Assembly: GCA_040220875.1 (NCBI GenBank)
Contig: JAVJVX010000005.1
Coordinates: forward strand, 521,665-585,664
DNA length: 64,000 nt
From: Alphaproteobacteria bacterium
Lineage (GTDB): Bacteria > Pseudomonadota > Alphaproteobacteria > JAVJVX01
Reading direction: 5' to 3'
The translations under genes were made by a program, and so were the position numbers. Positions 28,720 to 37,662 of the stretch are shown piece by piece (the stretch's first letter is position 1; each line of letters starts with the position of its first letter). A model generated the notes under the pieces. That model saw only the letters and a list, made by a program, of their open reading frames with translations. It was not told where the DNA came from and did no database searches.

Positions 28720-29052
28720 TCAAAAGCCCGTTCCGTGAATGTTGTAGCGTTCGATTTCGAACGAATTCGGAACTCGTACTTGTCCGTAAAGTTCAATGCA
28801 GGGCGCGATCTCGATAAGCATGCAAGACAGGTTGAGAAGGTTTTGCTCCTTCTCGTCGAGAGTCCCGATATCGAACTGATCGAGATGCGCCGCTATTTTT
28901 TCCATTTTCGGCAGCACGGTTTCGTAAAATTCCCCGATTTCTTCCATCGTGCTTTTGTGGCGACGCTCGTTCCGTGCCTTCTCGGTGGGCAAGGCCCATC
29001 GGTCAAGGAGCGGCCCGAGTTCTCCGAATCCTTCCGGTAATTGACCCGTCAT
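28720..29052 (-). CDS. Hypothetical small protein (110 aa) in a locally lower-GC patch
   Basis: Clean ORF downstream of, and on the same strand as, the Rieske gene. No recognisable motif. Confidence 0.3.
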   Translation of the reverse strand: MTGQLPEGFGELGPLLDRWALPTEKARNERRHKSTMEEIGEFYETVLPKMEKIAAHLDQFDIGTLDEKEQNLLNLSCMLIEIAPCIELYGQVRVPNSFEIERYNIHGTGF

Positions 29053-29077
29053 CTCTTTGCTTCACTCCCGATCGCCT

Positions 29078-29096
29078 ATCCTGGGCCCGGCCCAGG
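29078..29096. promoter_or_regulatory. 19-bp perfect palindrome tcctgggcc-c-ggcccagga (candidate operator)
   Basis: Located 26 nt upstream of the start of ORF 28720..29052, in a 340-bp divergent intergenic region. Confidence 0.3.
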
Positions 29097-29393
29097 ATTT
29101 CCGCAGGGAAGGGAAAACAATTTTCGAATCCGTGGATACCTGACTTTTAGAAGGGGGTTTCCGGCCCGCCGGTTTCGCCCTGGCGCTCCCCTCATTTTTA
29201 AGGGGATCGGGGCAAGAAAGGGGCCGGGAACGCGCATGGGGGAGGCCCGGTTCCGCCTGAACGGTGAGAGACTTGCTTTCTTTGATCCCCCTGGCTTAAG
29301 CAAGGCGCGCGGGACCGGGCTGAGGTTGGGGCCCCCGCCCGCGGCCACCTGCGGATGGCCCCGGCAAGCGGCCCACACGGAATTTAAGGGGGT

Positions 29394-30257
29394 ATGATGA
29401 CCATTCACACAGACCTGCTCGGCACCGAGACTTATTTCGTCGAGACGCCGATCGGGCGGACGCGGGTGATTGAGGCAGGCGAGGGGCCGGCACTCTTTTT
29501 ATTGCATGGCGGCGGCGGGCACGCCGAGGCCTTCAGCCGCAACCTCATGCGGCTGGCCCAGGGGTGCCGGGCCATATCGCTCGACCTGCTCTGGCACGGG
29601 CTTTCGAGCGCACCCGCCTTCGAGGATCCCAACTGGCTCAAGCAATTCACGCGACAGATACTCGAGCTGATGGACGCGCTCGGGATCGACAAGGCGAGCG
29701 TCGAGGCCGAATCGGCGCCGGGCTGGGTCCCCATCGACATGGCCCTGAACCATTCCGACCGGGTGGAGAAGATCATCCTCAACAATATCTGGGGCGTTCA
29801 GTTCAAGCCGGGCACCGTCTCGGAGCATGAAGGATCATCCGACAACTTTCTCAAGACCAGCCTCCGCGCCCTCGAAAATCCCACGATGGACACGATCCGC
29901 GAGCGCATGCGCCCGCTTTTTCCGGCGGGCGGTCTGACCGAGGAAATTGTCGCCGTGCGTCGGGCCCTTTGGTCGCGCCCGGCGACCCGCGAGGGTATGC
30001 GCGGTTTTTACGAGCATCTCTTCGCGCCGGAAACAAATGCCCTTCAGTTCACCGAAGCCGATGTCGCCGCCATCAGACACCCCGCTCTCGTGCTGTGGAG
30101 CGACGGCAACGCCCTTAATGGCCCCGACGCGGGCGAGCGCCTGCACGGCCTCATCCAGGGCTCCCGTTTCCATGTGATCGAGAACGCCGGCCAGTGGTCG
30201 CAATGGGAGCAACCGGAGGAGCATGACCGGCTGCTTCTGGAATTCCTCGCTGCCTGA
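29394..30257 (+). CDS. Alpha/beta-fold hydrolase (meta-cleavage-product hydrolase-like)
   Basis: Oxyanion-hole LFLLHGGGG. The nucleophile elbow is atypical (EAESAPG). Strong RBS AAGGGGG upstream. Confidence 0.75.
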   Translation: MMTIHTDLLGTETYFVETPIGRTRVIEAGEGPALFLLHGGGGHAEAFSRNLMRLAQGCRAISLDLLWHGLSSAPAFEDPNWLKQFTRQILELMDALGIDKASVEAESAPGWVPIDMALNHSDRVEKIILNNIWGVQFKPGTVSEHEGSSDNFLKTSLRALENPTMDTIRERMRPLFPAGGLTEEIVAVRRALWSRPATREGMRGFYEHLFAPETNALQFTEADVAAIRHPALVLWSDGNALNGPDAGERLHGLIQGSRFHVIENAGQWSQWEQPEEHDRLLLEFLAA

Positions 30258-30275
30258 TGTTGCGCCGGCCGGGCC

Positions 30276-31073
30276 TCACTCTTCGAGTGGCGGCAGACCC
30301 AGCCGCTCGCGCACCGCGCCCTCGCGGCTGGGCTTGAGGCCGACCGTCCGTCCTTCCTGCACCGCGATCCCGGGCGGCACGCCGTTGGCCGCACGATACA
30401 GCGCCCACATCGCGCCCACCCGATTGGAGGACTGGCAATGCACGAGGACGGGGTAATGGGCCGGATCGTTGACATAGTCGCTGAAGGCTTCGACGTCGGC
30501 CGGTGAGGGCGCGCCTGAGGAGACGGGAATGTGAATATAGGTCAACCCCGCCTTTTTTGCCGCCGCTTCCTCTTCGGGCGCGCCTTCCTCAACGGTGTTC
30601 AGATTGATCACGCTCTTGAAGCCAAGCGCCTTGAGCCGGTCGAAGGCGGTAATATCAACGACGCCGCCCGTCCCGACATAGGGCGCGGCCCGAAGATAGT
30701 TCTTCACGATATCAGGCATCTGGTCGCCATAGGGTGCCTGAGCGTAGCCCGCCGGCACGTCGAAGGGATTAGCGGCCGGCCCCGAGAAAGCGGGCCTGGC
30801 GGCGCAGGGCGAGGCCCGGTCGCGCGCCCGCGGGGCGCAGGGGCTGGCCTTGCGCCCCGGCCTGGCGGCACAGGGATTGACCGGCGCGCAAGGGTTCATT
30901 GCCCCCCGTCCCGCGCCCGATCCGCGCGGCTGGGCCGGGGCGCAGGGATTGACCTGAGCCTGAGCCGCGGGTGTAGCGAAGGGAACCGGTCCCGTGATGA
31001 TCGGGGCGCCCGTGACGCCGAGGCCGGCGATGATGGGCAGGGTGGTCATGTAGGTCAGTTTGCGTCGGCTCAC
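30276..31073 (-). CDS. DUF442/tyrosine-phosphatase-like (CX5R) periplasmic protein with N-terminal NPCAP repeats
   Basis: Signal peptide. Repeats NPCAPAQP, NPCAPVNPCAARP and ASPCAP…ASPCAARP. C-terminal domain has VLVHCQSSNRVG (phosphatase/sulfurtransferase-like P-loop). GTG start with RBS AAGGGAG. Confidence 0.6.
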   Translation of the reverse strand: MSRRKLTYMTTLPIIAGLGVTGAPIITGPVPFATPAAQAQVNPCAPAQPRGSGAGRGAMNPCAPVNPCAARPGRKASPCAPRARDRASPCAARPAFSGPAANPFDVPAGYAQAPYGDQMPDIVKNYLRAAPYVGTGGVVDITAFDRLKALGFKSVINLNTVEEGAPEEEAAAKKAGLTYIHIPVSSGAPSPADVEAFSDYVNDPAHYPVLVHCQSSNRVGAMWALYRAANGVPPGIAVQEGRTVGLKPSREGAVRERLGLPPLEE

Positions 31074-31124
31074 CGGTTTTCTCCCTTTGCGTGATATGCG
31101 CCTGTGATCCCGGCGAGCGGTCGG

Positions 31125-31724
31125 CTATTCGTGCCCGGCCAGATCGCGCGCCGAGAGGGGGCCGCCCCGCGCCGCTTCCAGTCGGGCGGCGAGCGCCCAG
31201 CCGAGCGCGCCCATCAGAATGAGCATCGCGATGATAAGCCAATCCGGCAGACCGAGAAACGCGCCCATGTCCTGTCCCTCGGGTGCCCGGGCAGCCAGAT
31301 ATAGCCCTTCCAGGGGCTCGAAGAACGCGGCGAACAGCCAGGTCCCGGCAAGCATGCCGAGGATGAAGACGCCCGCATCACCGCGACCCGTCGCGATTCC
31401 CGCGGCCGAGGTGCCGGGGCAATAGCCGCCGATGGCGAAGCCCGCGCCGATGAGCAGCCCGCCGATCGCCGTCGCCCAAAAAAACACGGTCGGCGAAAAC
31501 ACCGCCTGCGCCCCGATCACGCCGAGGGCTTCGGCCAGCCAGAGCCCGATGGCCGCGACGATCACTGCCGTCAGCATGACCTTGAATACGGTCCAGTCCG
31601 ACAGGCGGAACTGGCCGGTCAGCTTTCTCGGGCTTGCCAGTCCCGCCCCCTCGAGGATGAAGCCGAACAGAATCCCGATCAGAAGTCCCGAGGCGAGGCC
31701 GTTATCATAAAGTGGAAGATTCAT
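31125..31724 (-). CDS. YeeE/YedE family (DUF395) sulfur-compound transporter, C-terminal half-protein
   Basis: Motif GGYCPG. Polytopic. Its start overlaps the upstream partner gene by 4 nt. Confidence 0.8.
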   Translation of the reverse strand: MNLPLYDNGLASGLLIGILFGFILEGAGLASPRKLTGQFRLSDWTVFKVMLTAVIVAAIGLWLAEALGVIGAQAVFSPTVFFWATAIGGLLIGAGFAIGGYCPGTSAAGIATGRGDAGVFILGMLAGTWLFAAFFEPLEGLYLAARAPEGQDMGAFLGLPDWLIIAMLILMGALGWALAARLEAARGGPLSARDLAGHE

Positions 31725-32251
31725 TCCCAGTCCCTTCGCACAAAATGATGGGCGAGAAATCCGGCCGCGAAGAAACAGAGCAAAAAGAGAAATCCGGCCA
31801 CCGCCAGCGTGGCACTGCCCGACAGGCCCAGCCCGCTGGTGCAGCCGCGCGCGAGACGCGCGCCGAAACCGACGAGAAGCCCGCCCGCGAAGGCGAAGAC
31901 CATCCGGCGTCCACGGGAACTGGCCCGTCCCCGCTCCACGGTCGCGCGGAACCGGCCGCTGACAAGGCTGCCGGCGAACGCACCGATCACGAGACCGATG
32001 ATCTCCCAGGTGATCCAGGACGCGAGAACGCCGCCCGCCTGCACATAGGGGCCGAGATACGCGTTCGTCTCGGTCCAGGCGGGCGCCAGCGCGGCCGACA
32101 GCGCCACCGTCGCGCGCGTGAAGAAGCCGCTGGCGCCAAAACCGTGTCCGGTGATCAGAAATGCGAGAAAAAGAACGAGCCCCAGCAGAATGCCGGCCAG
32201 CAAAGGGGACCAGAATTGTTTCACCGACGTTTCAGCCCCCCCATTCGCCAT
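31721..32251 (-). CDS. YeeE/YedE family (DUF395) sulfur-compound transporter, N-terminal half-protein
   Basis: Motif RGCTSGLG. RBS AAGGAG lies 11 nt upstream of the ATG. Confidence 0.8.
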   Translation of the reverse strand: MANGGAETSVKQFWSPLLAGILLGLVLFLAFLITGHGFGASGFFTRATVALSAALAPAWTETNAYLGPYVQAGGVLASWITWEIIGLVIGAFAGSLVSGRFRATVERGRASSRGRRMVFAFAGGLLVGFGARLARGCTSGLGLSGSATLAVAGFLFLLCFFAAGFLAHHFVRRDWE

Positions 32252-32321
32252 CCCCGTCTCACTCCTTGCTACCGACCTGATCGTTCAGTCCATGTCGACA
32301 TGCGGGGCCTGTCCAGGCAAT

Positions 32322-32363
32322 CAACCCGTTGCGCAACCCGTTGCGAAATTGGGGCGAAATTGC
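32322..32363. promoter_or_regulatory. Direct repeats upstream of the yeeE/yedE pair: caacccgttgcg x2 in tandem, then gcgaaattg x2
   Basis: Lies in the 480-bp non-coding region 5' of the minus-strand transporter operon. Confidence 0.25.
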
Positions 32364-32734
32364 GCCCGCGTTTTATCGCCGCTGCCGGTTGTTCCCGCTT
32401 GTGCCCGGCCGGCACGCCTTGGGCGAAGTGTATCGGGCCGTGGCCCGTGTATTTTGAGGTGGATCAAACGACGCCAGGCCGCGCGCGTTCGCGGGCCCGG
32501 GGCGTTTCCACGCGGGAGGCCCGCACCCTGGCCGATCTCTTCGGCCCTGTACCGCCGGCCCGCGTCCGGTTTGCCGTCACGGTCGCGGTCCATATCGTCT
32601 TCCCGTCCTTCACGATCGGGCTGGCTGATCCTGAAAACCGACGGCGAATTGCAGGAGGCGCCTTCTCTGATTCGTCGGACTCCGGGCCGCCGGCGTGTTC
32701 TGCGTGGCGGCGCTCGACCACGGATTGCGGTTTC

Positions 32735-33508
32735 TTATCCCCCTTCCCTGGTCCGGGCGCCGACGCCGAGCCGCCGGCCGAGACGAAAGGCCACAGCGCT
32801 CAAAGTCAGAGCCACGACCAGCGCAGGACCGATCGGCAGATCCAGCGCATAACCACCGCCAAGGCCAAGCCCGATCGCCAGCACCGCAGATGCCCAAGCG
32901 AGGCCAAGCGGCCGGCCAGCGCCGCCACCGGCGCCGAGTGCCGGCAGGATCAGCGTCGCGAATACCACATAGACGCCGACGAGCTGAACAGAGAGGGTCA
33001 CGGTGATAGCGAACAGGATGTAGAAGGCGAGCCCCTGGCGAAGCGCCGGCACGCGGAGCCAGAGGGCGAGGATGAGCGCAAAGGCGGGAACGGTCTGCAG
33101 GACATCCGTCCAGGTCACAAACAGTACCTGTCCCGACAGCACGTGCTGGATTTCCTCGCCACCGTGGGGATGGTTTGCAAGGGCCAGCAGGGTCAGGGCG
33201 GCGGCGGCAATAAAACTGGCACCGATCACGGCTTCCTGCTCGCGGGCCGCAGTTCGCTCGATCCAGCGGAAGAACAAGGCTGCAAGAACGCTGGCGGCGA
33301 CCGCCATTGCCTGAACCAGCGCCCAGGCCGGGTCGTGCAGCACGAGATTGACCAGCACGATGACCAGCCCTGCGATCTGTGCGATGGCGAGATCGATGAA
33401 CACGATCCCGCGCCGGAGCACCTCGATACCGAGTGGCGCGTGGACGAGAGCCACGGTCACCGCGATCGTCAGGGCGGGGCCGAGAATGTCGAAAAGATCA
33501 CCGCCCAC
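32735..33508 (-). CDS. ABC-3 family metal permease (ZnuB/MntB-like)
   Basis: Conserved segments GIEVLRRGIVFIDLAIAQIAG and HPHGGEEIQHVLSGQVLF. The start is uncertain; a GTG at about 33508 overlaps the upstream gene. The first about 100 aa of the listed ORF are an artefact. Confidence 0.65.
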   Translation of the reverse strand: MGGDLFDILGPALTIAVTVALVHAPLGIEVLRRGIVFIDLAIAQIAGLVIVLVNLVLHDPAWALVQAMAVAASVLAALFFRWIERTAAREQEAVIGASFIAAAALTLLALANHPHGGEEIQHVLSGQVLFVTWTDVLQTVPAFALILALWLRVPALRQGLAFYILFAITVTLSVQLVGVYVVFATLILPALGAGGGAGRPLGLAWASAVLAIGLGLGGGYALDLPIGPALVVALTLSAVAFRLGRRLGVGARTREGG

Positions 33509-34415
33509 GACGCACGCTTTCCAGTCGCGCAAGGGTGGTTTCGAACAGCGCCACCAGATCGGGGGCGCCGTCCGCACCCACGGTGTAAGGCAGAACAAGT
33601 TCCGGCAGCCCTGTGCGCCCGGAAAGCCAGCGGGCCGCCACGGGCGGATCGTAGGGCGTGCGCAGGATCGCCGACACCTGCCCCGTCCGTGCCCGGTCGA
33701 GAAGCGCCTCAAGATGGGCGGAGGTGGGGGGCAGGCCCGGCTTCGGTTCGAGGGTCGCGACACGATCAAGGCCCAACCACGCGACAAGATAGGTCCAGGC
33801 CTTGTGATGGGTGATAACCTTCATGCCACGAAATCCCTCGGCCCGCTTTTCCCACGCCGCGATCCGGGCCGACCAACCGCTCACAAAGGCTTCGACGCCA
33901 GCCTGGTAACGTTCGGCATTCGCCGGATCAATGATCGCGAGACGCTCGGCCAGAACCCGGGCGAGCGTCACCAGGTTGCGCGGATCGAGATGGACATGCG
34001 GATTGCCCTGCGGGTGGATATCGCCCGCCGCACGGTCCAGGCTGAGCGGCCTGTCGCGCAATTCGACATGATCGGCGGCCAGCAGATGACCCGGCTGCCC
34101 AGGTTGAACCCCTGCCGGCGCGCCCCTTTGGAGCAAAAGTGGCAGCCAGCCGATTTCAAGATCGGCGCCCGAACAAAACACCAGATCGGCGCTCCGGATG
34201 CGGGCGATCAGGCTTGGCCGTGCGCGAATGTAATGTGGGTCCTGAAAGGCCGTCGTGGCCGCGAAGGCCTCGATTTCACCCCCGCCCACCGCCTCGGCCA
34301 GGGCCGCCCATTCCGGCTCGCAGGCGAAGACGCGCACTCCCGCCTTGGCCGGCGGCGGCAGGAGGATCGCGGCCGCCGAAGCGGCCGCGATAACGAAGTT
34401 TTTGATCAGTCTCAC
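33498..34415 (-). CDS. Periplasmic metal-binding protein, TroA/ZnuA family
   Basis: Signal peptide. His-containing metal-site motifs (DPHYIRARPS, NPHVHLDP, HHKAWTYL). Confidence 0.75.
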   Translation of the reverse strand: MRLIKNFVIAAASAAAILLPPPAKAGVRVFACEPEWAALAEAVGGGEIEAFAATTAFQDPHYIRARPSLIARIRSADLVFCSGADLEIGWLPLLLQRGAPAGVQPGQPGHLLAADHVELRDRPLSLDRAAGDIHPQGNPHVHLDPRNLVTLARVLAERLAIIDPANAERYQAGVEAFVSGWSARIAAWEKRAEGFRGMKVITHHKAWTYLVAWLGLDRVATLEPKPGLPPTSAHLEALLDRARTGQVSAILRTPYDPPVAARWLSGRTGLPELVLPYTVGADGAPDLVALFETTLARLESVRRGR

Positions 34416-34426
34416 GGCTCCGGTCC

Positions 34427-35818
34427 CTAAAACGGATGCGCCCCATGGGCGCCGATGCTCATGACGTATTGCAGGACGAACTGGTTGTCCGTTTTGCTGG
34501 CGGCAAGCGTCTCGCGATTATACTGGAAGCGCAGGCGCTCGAACTCGCTGTTTGTCCAGTCCGCCATGAAGGCAAGAGCCTCCGGGTCTTCGCCCGCCGG
34601 GTCGAGAGCGCTGCCGAGAAGGCCGGCCGGCACCGACGGGGCATCGAGGCGGCTGTAGCGCACACCGACACGCCAGGGCGGCGCGAATTTGTAGACGCTC
34701 TGCACATACCAGCCGCTGGCATCATCATCGAAACCGATCGGGCCCGTCCCCGCATCCGTGTCTTCATAGACGCCATCCTCGTCACGCCAAAAGAACTCGC
34801 CCTGCAGGATCAGTTCCGACTGACGCGGGTTGCCCGTGAGGGCCCAGGTGTAGCGCAGATCGGCTATGTAGAGCCTCGAGTCGCCGGCAAAAGTCACGGC
34901 CCCCTCATTCGCTTCGCGGGAGACGATATCACTGTCGAGCACATATCCGCCGATGCGCCAGTTATGCCGGAGACCGAAATCACCGCCCACGCGTCCGAAG
35001 GCGGACCACGATTCTACTCCATCTTCCGAGCCGCCGGCCGGGAAGTCCTCGCCCCGAAAAACGCCACCGCCGATTTCCGCAAAGAAGGGAGGCGGCAACA
35101 CCCAGGCTGCCTCCACCCCATCGTCGTTATAGGATTTGTTCAGGAAGGTCCGATACGGCAAAGGCCGGTCAGCGAAATCATCGGCGTGGGCGTGAATTTC
35201 ATTCAGGTAGCCGAGAGTCCAGAAAGCCCGGCCGGCCTTGAGACGAAATCCGTCGGGCAACGGCAGGCCCGGCAGGGTCTGGATGTAGGCCTCCTCCAGC
35301 TCAATCTTGTCTTCCCCGTCCTCACGCACGACCGCGACCGTCGAACTGCCATAGAACTTGTCATCGACATTGGCGGAGAAATTGAGCTCCGATTCGTCGA
35401 TGGCCAGCCCCTCGCGCCCGCGCTCGCCCTCTTCGCCGATCGCGAAGCCGGCGATCTCCGAGTCTTCGGCCGAGAAGGTCGAAAACTTGCCATTGAGGAT
35501 GACGCCAATGGACGGGTTGAAGCTGTTATCGCGCACGACCCGCTTGCCGGCATTGGCAGAGACGGGGCTGGCCGGTGGCCTCGCGGCCGGGGCCGCCACG
35601 GTGGAGGTGGGCGGTGCGGCCGGCGCCTGTCGCTGTCTCGCTTCCACTGCCTGAAGCTGTGCTTCGAGCGCGGTGATGCGTTGTTCATAGGCGCTTCTTA
35701 TCTGCTGAAGTTCCTGGCGCAAGGCCTCGACTTCAGGGGATTGGGCGCCGGCCGGCGCTGCGTTCAGGCAAAGTGGGACGGCCGCGGTGATGGCGGCACG
35801 GCACAGTATCGTGCGCAT
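34427..35818 (-). CDS. Putative outer-membrane porin with N-terminal coiled coil
   Basis: Signal peptide, then a Gln/Ala-rich coiled coil (EALRQELQQIRSAYEQRITALEAQLQAVEARQRQ), then a beta-rich Gly/Tyr/Asp-rich region ending …GAHGAHPF. Confidence 0.5.
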   Translation of the reverse strand: MRTILCRAAITAAVPLCLNAAPAGAQSPEVEALRQELQQIRSAYEQRITALEAQLQAVEARQRQAPAAPPTSTVAAPAARPPASPVSANAGKRVVRDNSFNPSIGVILNGKFSTFSAEDSEIAGFAIGEEGERGREGLAIDESELNFSANVDDKFYGSSTVAVVREDGEDKIELEEAYIQTLPGLPLPDGFRLKAGRAFWTLGYLNEIHAHADDFADRPLPYRTFLNKSYNDDGVEAAWVLPPPFFAEIGGGVFRGEDFPAGGSEDGVESWSAFGRVGGDFGLRHNWRIGGYVLDSDIVSREANEGAVTFAGDSRLYIADLRYTWALTGNPRQSELILQGEFFWRDEDGVYEDTDAGTGPIGFDDDASGWYVQSVYKFAPPWRVGVRYSRLDAPSVPAGLLGSALDPAGEDPEALAFMADWTNSEFERLRFQYNRETLAASKTDNQFVLQYVMSIGAHGAHPF

Positions 35819-35873
35819 GACACTCTCCTAGTGATTTGGATGGGTGGATGAGGGCTCCGCAGGAGCCCGGTCG

Positions 35874-36233
35874 TCAGGAGAGCGTACGGGGTGGGGCGCG
35901 AATGCGGCCCGAATCGACCGGCTGGTAGCCCGGATTCTGGTCCTGGGCGAGCGGTGCGCGGGCGATATGGCGGGTGAAGGGCACCGGCAGGGCCGGCGCG
36001 TTTTCAGCGAGCCCGGTGAGCCCCTTCGCGAGCACGGCGATTTCGCACGCGGCGCCATTATGGCTGTGCGCGTCACCACCGAACTCGGTGTTGTGGTGCA
36101 GCGCGACGATTTGCGCGCCGACGAGCAGCGCGGACAGCACGAACGCCGGCAGAAATCGGCGGACGCCGGCCGGCAGGCCAGGCCACACTCCCATCTCGCA
36201 CAGTCTTGTCTGGCCGCCCCGGCGCTTGCTCAT
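35874..36233 (-). CDS. Small His-rich exported protein (possible metal-binding)
   Basis: Hydrophobic N-terminus and HHNTEFGGDAHSHNG. The start is uncertain. Confidence 0.3.
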   Translation of the reverse strand: MSKRRGGQTRLCEMGVWPGLPAGVRRFLPAFVLSALLVGAQIVALHHNTEFGGDAHSHNGAACEIAVLAKGLTGLAENAPALPVPFTRHIARAPLAQDQNPGYQPVDSGRIRAPPRTLS

Positions 36234-36361
36234 GGTCCGGACGCTAAAGAAATAGTTTGGGCGCGTCCAGCATCTCGCACCCGCTACAGGAAACCTACAA
36301 ACAGGCGGGCGAAAGGTGATAGGGTTGAGGCCGCCTCGCATCGCCGCCGCCGGAGTTCGCC

Positions 36362-37657
36362 ATGTTCTTGTTTCTTTCGGGCCGTGTCGCCGTTCTCGGA
36401 TGTCTCGCCTTATTGGTCCTGCCGCTTGCAGCGGGCGCCAGCCGTGCAGCCGGTGGCGAGCCGCTCACCGCCGGCACGCGCATAGATGCGGGCGCTCTTG
36501 CTGATTTGGAGGACCGGGAATTCCACGGCACGCGGCTGGCCGATCTTGTGACCGATCGGATCGCCTGGCAGATGCGGACTTTCGGCCTCACTCTCGAATT
36601 GGCCGACCCCAAACCCTATCCGGACGATCCGCGGTTCGAGGAAGCGACCGCGAAATTTGCCAAGGATGTGCGCTTCGATCCGGCGACCGGCCGCATCGAT
36701 GGCTGGAAGGCCGGCCTGCCCTTTCCCGAGGTCGATGCCATCAACGACCCGAATGCGGCCATCAAGATCGTCTGGAACCTCACCCACGGGCGCAACGGTG
36801 GTGACATCGTGCACAATCCGGGCGAGGTCATCCTTCTGATCGACCGGCAGGCCGGGCTGGAACGGCTGCAGCACTGGACTTTCACCAATTTCAAGATGAA
36901 AGGCATCCTTCGTTTTCCGGAGACACCGGTCCTTGGCGACGGGGACATTCTGGCCAAGACCCTGTTCTTCGCCATGAGCCCGCAGGACATCAAGGGCGTG
37001 GGGACTTTCACCATCAAATATGATACCGGCCGGCTCAACGATTCCTGGGCCTATGTGCGCGATGTGCGCCGCATCCGCCGCCTGTCGGGCTCGACCTGGA
37101 TGGACCGGATTTCGGGCACGGACTGGCTGAACGACGATTTCTCGGGATTTGGCGCCTATCCGACCTGGTATGAGGATTTCGAAATCCTTGGCCGGACGGA
37201 AGTGCTGCTGGTGGCGAACAGCCGCATGCCGACGCAGATCCTCGATGCCTCGAGCGAGAACGAGCGCTTTCCGCGTTTCGATCTGGCCTCGGCTCCCCAT
37301 TGGAATGTGATCGACGATTGGGAGCCGCGCGATGTGTATATCGTCAAGGCAACGCCGCCGGACGCCCACCCGTATGGCTACAAGATCCTCTATATCGGCG
37401 CCGATGGGTTTCATCCGTTCCTGACAGAAATGTACGACAAGGCCGGCAACCACATGAAAACCCAGATACTCGGCCAGACGCTGCGCGAAACGGTCGATGA
37501 CGTAACGCGCTGGGCCGTGCATGAGGCCTATGACATGACGGCGGACTTCCAGTCCGGACACGCGACCGCCTTCGCCTCGGCGCCGGAGGTGCAGATCAAC
37601 CCGCCCATGGCGGAGGAGGATGTCAGCCTCTCTGTCCTCGAGACGATGGGCCGTTAG
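36362..37657 (+). CDS. DUF1329 family periplasmic protein, paralog 3
   Basis: GLPFPEVDAINDPNAAIKIVWNLT, VRRIRRLSGSTWMDRISGTD and PRDVYIVKATPPDAHPYGYK. Signal peptide. Confidence 0.7.
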   Translation: MFLFLSGRVAVLGCLALLVLPLAAGASRAAGGEPLTAGTRIDAGALADLEDREFHGTRLADLVTDRIAWQMRTFGLTLELADPKPYPDDPRFEEATAKFAKDVRFDPATGRIDGWKAGLPFPEVDAINDPNAAIKIVWNLTHGRNGGDIVHNPGEVILLIDRQAGLERLQHWTFTNFKMKGILRFPETPVLGDGDILAKTLFFAMSPQDIKGVGTFTIKYDTGRLNDSWAYVRDVRRIRRLSGSTWMDRISGTDWLNDDFSGFGAYPTWYEDFEILGRTEVLLVANSRMPTQILDASSENERFPRFDLASAPHWNVIDDWEPRDVYIVKATPPDAHPYGYKILYIGADGFHPFLTEMYDKAGNHMKTQILGQTLRETVDDVTRWAVHEAYDMTADFQSGHATAFASAPEVQINPPMAEEDVSLSVLETMGR

Positions 37658-37662
37658 GTCGA

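Noticed and set aside
31712-33814. 700-aa plus-strand ORF
   Set aside because: Antisense to the yedE and znuB-like genes and spanning their intergenic region. Extremely Arg/Gly/Pro-rich with no domain.
34436-35851. 471-aa plus-strand ORF
   Set aside because: Antisense to the porin gene. Low-complexity Arg/Gly-rich translation with no signal or domain.
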